Below are positions 1-7,178 of a stretch of DNA of 64,000 nt, piece after piece. The notes below the pieces were generated by a model, which saw only the letters and a list, made by a program, of their open reading frames with translations, searched no databases and had not been told where the DNA came from. The stretch spans positions 6,958-70,957 of IMG/VR virus record IMGVR_UViG_3300031673_000019; one strand, 5' to 3'. Within the stretch, counting starts at the first letter, position 1; each line of letters starts with the position of its first letter. The translations under genes were made by a program, and so were the position numbers. This DNA is from a virus.

Positions 1-3
1 CTC

Positions 4-291
4 ATGCTACGACTTTTAGGCGGTTGTGATGAGAGTGCGGTTGATGTAGTAGGCGGGGGCGTTGAGGTGGGGATGAGGGAGCCTGTGCTGCGCGGGCTGT
101 ATGTTTTGGCGGACATCGAGGAGCTAGCGGATGTGATGATGTCGCTCGTGGACGAGGTTCGTGATAGAACTATGCAGATCCGCGGGCGAATGGACGCGAT
201 GGATCGTAACGCAGCACGAGCAACACCCCGCCGGGCGCTGGGTCAACACGAGGGAATTAGACATGGCGAAGAGCTATCGCAAGGCAGATAA
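4..291 (+). CDS. hypothetical protein (uncertain)
   Basis: 95-aa ORF, no recognisable motif, overlaps the next gene by 29 nt. Confidence 0.25.
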   Translation: MLRLLGGCDESAVDVVGGGVEVGMREPVLRGLYVLADIEELADVMMSLVDEVRDRTMQIRGRMDAMDRNAARATPRRALGQHEGIRHGEELSQGR

Positions 292-688
292 TTGTGGGCC
301 CGTTCCTTACCCGTCCGACCCGGAGAAGATGCTTCAAGAGGGCGAGACGGTAACGGGGGACGAGTGGGAGCCGCTTGTTGCGCTTGGCTTCGTCGTGGCT
401 GTAGAGGATGGCTCCGAAACTGTGGAGGAGCCGAAGACAGAGCCTGAGCCCGAGTCGAAGTCCGAGCCTGAGTCGACGCCTGAGCCTGAGGCTCCCGAGG
501 CTGAAGCTGCCCCTGTCTCGGAGGACGTGTCCGATCCGAAGCAAGGCGAGGAGGTAAGCGACGATGGCATGCGAGAGGCTGATGAGCGAAGCGGAGCTGA
601 AGGAGTGGATACTCCGACGGCTGGGGAGCCCGGTGGCGAGGGTGTGTCTGGACGAGCTACAGCTCGACGACGCAGTCGACGAAGCTAA
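263..688 (+). CDS. acidic Pro/Glu-rich hypothetical virion-region protein
   Basis: ATG263 after GAGGGA; PEPE/SEPE low-complexity core and Arg-rich end. Confidence 0.6.
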   Translation: MAKSYRKADNCGPVPYPSDPEKMLQEGETVTGDEWEPLVALGFVVAVEDGSETVEEPKTEPEPESKSEPESTPEPEAPEAEAAPVSEDVSDPKQGEEVSDDGMREADERSGAEGVDTPTAGEPGGEGVSGRATARRRSRRS

Positions 689-1298
689 GCGCTGGTTCGC
701 GGCTAAAAAAGGGGTCGATCGTGACATAACGATCGACCTATACGCAGGGCAGGTCGAGTACACCATGCCCGACGACTGCGACGCCGTCATCGACGTGTCG
801 TTTCAGGTGAGCCCGCTCGACATCTCCCTGATCTTCGCTCCGCACATCATTGCGGACGAGAAGATTCCGTACAACGCGTTTGCAGCCCCCAGCTCTGTGG
901 GGCTTTACAGCTCGTTCACGCAGGCTCTTCAATACGTGGAGATGGCCAAGCGCACGCTGAACGCGGAGCGCAATTGGTTTTATTACCCGTACAAGAAGAT
1001 CTTAGTGACGCTGCCTGACCCGAAGGGCGGCGGCAAGGCATTCGTCGAGTACAAGAGCACCTGCAACAATATTGAGCAGCTGCCTGAGAGAGATCATGAC
1101 TTGGTCAAGCGCTATGCCCTTGCGTTGGCGAAGCAGGACCTTGGCATGATTTACAGCAAGTATTCGGTGTGGCCTACGGCGCAGGGACAGGTTCAGCTTA
1201 ACGGAGATCAACTGCTTCAGCAGGCGGAAAAAGAGCGAGAGAGGCTGGAAGATGAGATCTACGAGAGCGCTAAGCCCATGCCGTTCTTTGCCATGTGA
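564..1298 (+). CDS. neck protein, T4 gp13-like head-tail adaptor
   Basis: LKEWILRRLGSP..LDELQLDDAVDEA and KRYALALAKQDLG..SKY..VQLNG pattern typical of the gp13 family; GAGGAGGT SD. Confidence 0.8.
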   Translation: MACERLMSEAELKEWILRRLGSPVARVCLDELQLDDAVDEAKRWFAAKKGVDRDITIDLYAGQVEYTMPDDCDAVIDVSFQVSPLDISLIFAPHIIADEKIPYNAFAAPSSVGLYSSFTQALQYVEMAKRTLNAERNWFYYPYKKILVTLPDPKGGGKAFVEYKSTCNNIEQLPERDHDLVKRYALALAKQDLGMIYSKYSVWPTAQGQVQLNGDQLLQQAEKERERLEDEIYESAKPMPFFAM

Positions 1299-1307
1299 GA
1301 GATCGCT

Positions 1308-1628
1308 ATGAATCGAAAGTCCTTGATGGAAGCTGGATACATCTCGCCGGCCAGTTTGGTAGCTCTTCACGAGGAGACGTCTGAGCTGGAGAAGCGTTGC
1401 ATCTATGACGTGATGCAGAAAAACAAGGACGGCTCGAAGTCCGAGCGGCTAAGCCGCGCGTATGCGATCTGCCGTGCCAGTCTCCAGAAGGCCAAGAAGA
1501 TGAATCCTGGCACGGAGAAGATGACGAAAAAGGGTGCAGCGACCAGCGCGGCCAAGGCCAAGAAGGATGATCATGGCGCCAAGGTCAAGGGCTTCGAGAA
1601 GGCCGTGAAGGCCGCGAGGAAGGGCTAG
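1308..1628 (+). CDS. small basic protein, probable head-internal
   Basis: N-terminal LMEA/LHEE then Lys/Ala-rich body. Confidence 0.6.
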   Translation: MNRKSLMEAGYISPASLVALHEETSELEKRCIYDVMQKNKDGSKSERLSRAYAICRASLQKAKKMNPGTEKMTKKGAATSAAKAKKDDHGAKVKGFEKAVKAARKG

Positions 1629-1630
1629 GC

Positions 1631-2023
1631 ATGTTCAAGGACATTATTCGTGAGTGGGACGACTACTTGCACATGGTCGATCGGCGAGCGAAGGCGCTCG
1701 ATGAGGCCGAGGACGATGAGTTGCTGCATACGCGATCCAAGAAAGCGCATGACGACTCCCATCTTCTACAGCATGTCGCTCGCAATTTTCATGCGAGATA
1801 CGTCAAAGGTGACCTGAGTCCAGGGGAGTCACCTCCTTCGAGGAAGGAGGCGGAGGCGAATAGGCAGCGTATTGCCGGCCAGCTTTCCGCTCATCAGAAG
1901 AACCATAATGACCTGGCGCATGCGCACATGTCGTCGGGGAATTACAGCGACGCCACGAAGCATGTCAAACACTCAACGAAGTTGGCCGGGCTTAGCCGCG
2001 CCTTGTCTAACCCGCTAAAATAG
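1631..2023 (+). CDS. His-rich hypothetical protein, probable head-internal
   Basis: Tightly packed ORF; IREW/LDEA N-terminal motifs; many His. Confidence 0.6.
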   Translation: MFKDIIREWDDYLHMVDRRAKALDEAEDDELLHTRSKKAHDDSHLLQHVARNFHARYVKGDLSPGESPPSRKEAEANRQRIAGQLSAHQKNHNDLAHAHMSSGNYSDATKHVKHSTKLAGLSRALSNPLK

Positions 2024-2025
2024 TA

Positions 2026-2544
2026 ATGGGTAAGGTCCTCGACGATAGTGAGCTTGAGCTGTTCGACTGCATCAATCAGGACCTGATTGAGCTTGCAGGA
2101 ATCGACATCAACTACTATGGCAGCGACGTGGGTGGCAACCCGCGTGCTCCTTTAGAAAGCCGTCGTCGAGTCGACCCTTTGTACGGAGAGAATACTGAGC
2201 GGACGATTAAAGGTCCGTTCAGGATCCCAGCCTTGGTTAAGTACCCGGAGTATACGGTGCTGGCGGAGGAGTCTGGGTTTGGGCGCGAGTGGGATGCCCA
2301 GGTGACGATCAGTCGTGCCCATCTTGACGAGAAGAACGCGCCGTACCCATCTGAGATGGATATCATCGAGATGTGGCGAACGCCGTATCATGATACGTGG
2401 TCCCTTGGTAAGGGTATGTTCTTTGACGTGATCAAAGCGAAGCATGATGGTCATATCAATGACACGCCCACGTTTACGCAATTTGTCTTGACGCTGAAGA
2501 GGCGCAGCCAGTTCGGCGCGGAGCGTCGAATCACGCCCCCATAG
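2026..2544 (+). CDS. neck protein, T4 gp14-like
   Basis: IELAGIDINYY..DPLYGE pattern as in gp14; follows the gp13-like gene. Confidence 0.75.
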   Translation: MGKVLDDSELELFDCINQDLIELAGIDINYYGSDVGGNPRAPLESRRRVDPLYGENTERTIKGPFRIPALVKYPEYTVLAEESGFGREWDAQVTISRAHLDEKNAPYPSEMDIIEMWRTPYHDTWSLGKGMFFDVIKAKHDGHINDTPTFTQFVLTLKRRSQFGAERRITPP

Positions 2545-2562
2545 GATAGGAGCTAGCTCACG

Positions 2563-5007
2563 ATGTCGACATGGATGATGCCCGGACCTGGAATGGCTTG
2601 GTACTTGGGTGGCGGCGTATCGCCTGGGCAGGCGTACGTGCCTGACGAGGTGGCCAAGCAGCTCGTGAAGGAGTCGGGCCTGCGCAAGTCGGACACGGTT
2701 CCGAAGCGGGTGATCGTGCATTACCTGGAGACGATGGGGCTATCGCCTGGCCTTGCGCCGGACGTTGCGATGGTGCTGCGAAACAACTACGGGATTCAGC
2801 CCACCTTTGACGAGTCGGCCGATACGTTCGGCGCTTCGTTGCTAGAGGAGCTTCGAGGCACATTGCCCGAGAGCTTCGCGATGCCGTTTCGGGTGGATGC
2901 CCCCCAAGTCCTGACGGAAGAGCAGCTGCTCGATGACCTATCGGGTAGGTTCTTTGGCCCTTTCGTGGAGGGCTGCGAAGAATCCGTAGCAATGCTGGAA
3001 GGTTGCGAGTTCTCCCAGCTCATGGAGATGGTTGAGTTCTCCGATCTAGTTGGGCAGGAAGGCCTCCGCTACATCGAGGACATGGCCCGGTACGGCCCCG
3101 ATGGGTTCGCGGAGGCCGTGGTGGACGCGTATGTCGATGGCATCAACGGCCGCTACATGTCCGAGGACGTGTCCGACGATGTCTATGAATGGGCGGTAGG
3201 ACTGCATGAGATCGCAGTTGCCGCACCTGCTGCCGCCCCCGCGAAGCGCAACCCTGAGATCGATAGGGTTTTTGGGAAGAAGAAGGATCCCCCTGCCGCC
3301 GCTCCCGCCAAGAGAAACCCTGAGATAGACAGGGTTTTCGGAAAGAAGAAGTCATCCCCTTCTGAGATGACACCTGATCAGCGCAAGCAGCGCCTTGCGA
3401 CGATGGGCAAGACCGGCGCCCTTCTGCAGAAGCAGGACAGGAAGGAACTGAAGAGGGACTTGCGCAAGCATGGCCAGGAAACGCCTGGCCCCGACACGCG
3501 TACGGCGTCGGAAAAATACCTTCCTGCCATTCGGAAAAAGCAAGCCGATCAGGCTGCGGCCAAAGGTGCTGCGGCGGATGCTGCCAGGAAAAGGCAGCAG
3601 AGTGCGGTTCCCGACGATAAGAAGCAGATGAAGCGTGCGGCCAAGGACCGCCTCGCGGGGCAGGTGGATCCGCTCCAGAAGAAGGCAGCGGACAAGGCGG
3701 CTGGCAAATCAGTTGCTCCAGCATCGAAGCCGGCCGATTCGGGAGAGAAGAAGCCGGGCTTGCTCAAAAGGGCAGGCCAAGCGATCGCCGGCATCTTCAA
3801 GCGCAAGTCGCCCGACGCTGACTCAGCCCCAACGGGTATGGCGGCCGTGTCTGCCGCGCAAAAGTCCGCGAAACAGGGATCTCTCGGGAATATCAAAGCC
3901 CAAACAACGCATGGAAATGCAGTGCCCGATGCGGCGCCGCCTCCGTCCGCCTCCAAGTCGGCTGCACCTTCTAGCTCGGCCGGGCCGTCTTCTGGCCCAG
4001 GGGCGGCATCGCCCTCGTCGGGGACGGCTCCGGCAGCGACACCGCCTGCTGCTGCACCATCGGCAACACCGGCGGCAACACCGGCGGCGGGAGCTGCTCC
4101 GAAGCAAAAGACGTCATTGTCTACGAAGTTGGGCCGTGCGACTGGAGCCGGAGCTGCTGGTGTCGTGAACTTTTTCGGCAAGGCGAAGCAAGGGTATCAG
4201 CAAGCGCGTCAGCAGCATGCGAACGAGCCTGCTGCGGCGCCAACGGCGAAGAAGCGTGTGGGCGCTGTCCCTCTGTCGAACTCGTTGCAGCTTCCGTTTA
4301 GGCAAGCGGCGCTGCTGGACGAGCTTCGGGTGCATGTCTCGGGAGAGGTGATCGACGTCGGCGAGTCGTTCATTCCTGAGCCGGCTGATGTCGTCGCCAT
4401 GTTTGAGGCGTCGACGCTTGTCGAGCAGGCGATAGCGGAGACGATCGCCGACCTATCGTGGGACGAGGTATGCGAGGCTGCTCGGTTCATTGCGATCGAT
4501 CCGTCGTATGCCATCGAGCTTCACCAGGCATACGACCAGGGCGTTCGCGCGTTTCGCGATCAGTGGTCGGTGCTGGAGTCCGAGGGAAGCCTGCCTCGTG
4601 GGGTCAAGGCAGCTCACTTTGTTCGGATTGCTGAGCGAACGGGAGACGCGAGCGTGTTGCCCGCCTTCGTGTTCTGGGCTGCGCGGACGCTGAGCGAGGC
4701 CGGCCGTGACGTCATGGAGGCTGTGCTGGAATCGTACCCGGAGCTTGGGAAGACGGTGTACGGGCCTGCGGGTGACCCCAAGAGAGGTCCGATTCTTGCC
4801 AAGGCATACCTTTCGCCTGAGAACATGACGCCGAGGATGTTTCAGGATCCGAGCGAGCGGGACGCGAGGAGGAGGGTGGGATATACCGCGGCAGTGAAGG
4901 CGATTGGGTCGATGGAGATGGCTGCGGCGGACGCTGGGGTACCCCCTGAGGGCATGTTCTTGAACGTATACAGGGACATGCATCGAGAGAAGATTCGCTA
5001 CAGCTGA
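2563..5007 (+). CDS. 814-aa tripartite protein (acidic-basic disordered-acidic), probable head-internal
   Basis: Long ORF with a central Lys/Ala/Pro low-complexity region and a 22-aa repeat. Confidence 0.75.
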   Translation: MSTWMMPGPGMAWYLGGGVSPGQAYVPDEVAKQLVKESGLRKSDTVPKRVIVHYLETMGLSPGLAPDVAMVLRNNYGIQPTFDESADTFGASLLEELRGTLPESFAMPFRVDAPQVLTEEQLLDDLSGRFFGPFVEGCEESVAMLEGCEFSQLMEMVEFSDLVGQEGLRYIEDMARYGPDGFAEAVVDAYVDGINGRYMSEDVSDDVYEWAVGLHEIAVAAPAAAPAKRNPEIDRVFGKKKDPPAAAPAKRNPEIDRVFGKKKSSPSEMTPDQRKQRLATMGKTGALLQKQDRKELKRDLRKHGQETPGPDTRTASEKYLPAIRKKQADQAAAKGAAADAARKRQQSAVPDDKKQMKRAAKDRLAGQVDPLQKKAADKAAGKSVAPASKPADSGEKKPGLLKRAGQAIAGIFKRKSPDADSAPTGMAAVSAAQKSAKQGSLGNIKAQTTHGNAVPDAAPPPSASKSAAPSSSAGPSSGPGAASPSSGTAPAATPPAAAPSATPAATPAAGAAPKQKTSLSTKLGRATGAGAAGVVNFFGKAKQGYQQARQQHANEPAAAPTAKKRVGAVPLSNSLQLPFRQAALLDELRVHVSGEVIDVGESFIPEPADVVAMFEASTLVEQAIAETIADLSWDEVCEAARFIAIDPSYAIELHQAYDQGVRAFRDQWSVLESEGSLPRGVKAAHFVRIAERTGDASVLPAFVFWAARTLSEAGRDVMEAVLESYPELGKTVYGPAGDPKRGPILAKAYLSPENMTPRMFQDPSERDARRRVGYTAAVKAIGSMEMAAADAGVPPEGMFLNVYRDMHREKIRYS
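3226..3351 (+). repeat. two-copy 66-nt-period coding repeat (PAAAPAKRNPEIDRVFGKKK)
   Basis: Copies at 3226-3285 and 3292-3351 give identical peptide with synonymous differences. Confidence 0.9.
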
Positions 5008-5414
5008 TGCCGATTGATCTGAAAAAGGCGGTGATGGCGGCCGGTGACGGCCTCAGTGTCGTGTGCTCTACCTGCGAGAAGTATTGGGCAGGGATTGACC
5101 GCGGGCTGGGTCGTTGCTTGGCCGTGGACGGCTGCGGGTCGCCGATGGCAGGCGACGTTTTTCATGAGTACCGCGGCCCGATGACGAACTTTGCGGCCTT
5201 TTGCTTTGTCTGCGGCGGCAAGGCGACGCATGTGGTGCGTGTGGATAACAACGTGCGTGCTATTGGCGTCTGCTCGGACCATGTCCGTACGGTCAAGACG
5301 TTGAAGCCCGAGGGGAAACGTGCTCCCAGCGTCGTGCTTATCTCGAAGGATGGCGAGAGGCTGGTGAGCGAGGATGATCCTCCTGAGAAGATGGTGCTGC
5401 GATTTCGGAGCTAG
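5007..5414 (+). CDS. Cys-rich putative Zn-binding protein
   Basis: CSTC, C..DGC, CFVC, CSDH; TGATG coupling to upstream gene. Confidence 0.65.
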   Translation: MPIDLKKAVMAAGDGLSVVCSTCEKYWAGIDRGLGRCLAVDGCGSPMAGDVFHEYRGPMTNFAAFCFVCGGKATHVVRVDNNVRAIGVCSDHVRTVKTLKPEGKRAPSVVLISKDGERLVSEDDPPEKMVLRFRS

Positions 5415-6263
5415 ATGGGGCGCTTCGATAAATTCGTAGACATTACCCAAACCTCCAGGGATCGAAATAACTGGAGGATGGTAACGGAGGAGCTGAAGGA
5501 GAGGACGCGCGCGGTGATGCGTGGTACGGCGTTTGCGGCGGCGCAGGCTGCGTACGAGGAGGTGCTGGGAAGCATCCCTAACACGGGCGAGTATCGCGAG
5601 CTTAGGTCGTCGCTCAAGATCAGTGAAATTGGCGGGGTGCCTAAGGACGACGGCGGGGCGTTTGCTGTGCATGTGCCCACTCGCGGGCGTCGGATCAGCA
5701 AAGTCGATGTGGGGAGGACGGTCATTTACGTAAGAGCCAAGAAGAGGCTCCGTAAGAACCGTAAGGACATCACGTATCTTGAGGACCATGGTCCGTGGAC
5801 GGCGGACACGATTCCGTTTTGGCCTTCCTATAAGGAAGCTGTTGTGGTGCAGCGGAAGGTATCGAAGCGAGAAGCTGATGCGGTTGCGAAGTCTCAGGAG
5901 AGGGTGGCGCTGAAGGTAAGACGCGAGTTGAACGGGCTGGGCAAGAAGGTTGCTTCGAAGAAGAAGAACGCTGAGGGCGGCGTTAAGAGGAATCAGCGCA
6001 AGGCTGTTCCAGATGTGGCGATGCAGGCTTTGAACTTGGAATTCGGGTTGGAAGGGAGTCGGGCCAGGCCTGTGTTTCGCACTGCGTTGCGCAGGGTCAA
6101 GCAGCGAGCTAAGAACTTTGGCGGCGAACATCCTGCGCTCCGGGAGGCGCTGACGGATCCGAACTCGCAAAAGTGGAAGACTTGGCCGAAGAGGCACGAT
6201 AAGATCTCTTCGTCGCGAGCGAACGAGTTCGCAGGGTTTCACAAGCGTCTAGGGTATTCATAG
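5415..6263 (+). CDS. basic neck/tail-completion protein (HK97 gp10-like?)
   Basis: C-terminal RARPVFRTAL resembles the gp10-family xRPFLRPA motif; neck context. Confidence 0.5.
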   Translation: MGRFDKFVDITQTSRDRNNWRMVTEELKERTRAVMRGTAFAAAQAAYEEVLGSIPNTGEYRELRSSLKISEIGGVPKDDGGAFAVHVPTRGRRISKVDVGRTVIYVRAKKRLRKNRKDITYLEDHGPWTADTIPFWPSYKEAVVVQRKVSKREADAVAKSQERVALKVRRELNGLGKKVASKKKNAEGGVKRNQRKAVPDVAMQALNLEFGLEGSRARPVFRTALRRVKQRAKNFGGEHPALREALTDPNSQKWKTWPKRHDKISSSRANEFAGFHKRLGYS

Positions 6264-6265
6264 CC

Positions 6266-6973
6266 ATGGTTTTGTCAGTAGACAACGATCGCACGGGCGA
6301 CGTCTGGATCACGGACTTTGATCGTGGCGTTATCGAGACGCTTGGCGCAGTCGTGAATACCGCCGGAGATATTTACGTTATCAAGGATATCCCAGGGGTG
6401 TGCCCGCCTCCAGAGTATGAGGGTGTGCCTGTCTATTTTGCGTTCCCGGACGAGGTGATTGATCTGAAGATCATGCCGTCGTTCATTGTTCGGCGGGATG
6501 ATACGTCGCCCGCGATGAGTCGCTGGCACCTGGGGAACCAGCAGTATCAAATTCCTGCACCCGGCGCAGGCGCGGTGACAATCACGAACCCCAGGACGGG
6601 GAATCTGATTGCGTCCGGCTTTGATTCGTACGAGGAGAAGGCTCAGGCCGTCCCGTTCGACATTCTGTACACGATCCAAATACGTGCTCGGTATCGTAAC
6701 AATTTGAAGGTGGAAGCCATGAAGATGCTCCACTACACGCTGAAGAAGTACCCGCCGTACACGACGGTGTACCTCAGGGACAGCGAAGACCAGCTGCGCA
6801 GCTACACGGCGTTCATGGAGAGCCCCTCTCCGCAGGACACTCGTGGTGATGTCGCTGGACGCGAAACGAATTTCAACGTCTCCCTCCGGGTAGAGGCAGA
6901 GCTTGACCTGAACGATCCGGTCGCCCGCCAGGCCCTTACGAGCCTTCCGACGACGACTATCGAGATCTTTTAG
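6266..6973 (+). CDS. tail terminator/sheath stabiliser, T4 gp15-like
   Basis: AVPFDILYTIQIRA motif; lies immediately before the sheath gene. Confidence 0.65.
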   Translation: MVLSVDNDRTGDVWITDFDRGVIETLGAVVNTAGDIYVIKDIPGVCPPPEYEGVPVYFAFPDEVIDLKIMPSFIVRRDDTSPAMSRWHLGNQQYQIPAPGAGAVTITNPRTGNLIASGFDSYEEKAQAVPFDILYTIQIRARYRNNLKVEAMKMLHYTLKKYPPYTTVYLRDSEDQLRSYTAFMESPSPQDTRGDVAGRETNFNVSLRVEAELDLNDPVARQALTSLPTTTIEIF

Positions 6974-7149
6974 CTCCCATCCCGCCACTCCCGTTCACTT
7001 GCGGTATCGCGCTGCATATGAGCGCAACGCCCAGAGTCTACCTCCAGTCATCATCATAGATGCCGTGCTAGTGTGATCAGCATCTTAGTCAGGTTTTTCG
7101 TCGGCGAAAAAAGAAGAAAAAGCCGATAAAAATCAACCTGATCCATAAG

Positions 7150-7166
7150 AGGCGGAGACTCCGCCT
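7150..7166 (+). promoter_or_regulatory. 17-bp palindrome AGGCGGAG-A-CTCCGCCT upstream of sheath RBS
   Basis: Perfect 8-bp inverted repeat 5 nt before the CAGGAGGG SD. Confidence 0.5.
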
Positions 7167-7178
7167 TCGTCAGGAGGG

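Noticed and set aside
4998-6242. 414-aa minus-strand ORF
   Set aside because: Antisense shadow of well-supported + genes in GC-rich DNA; no motifs
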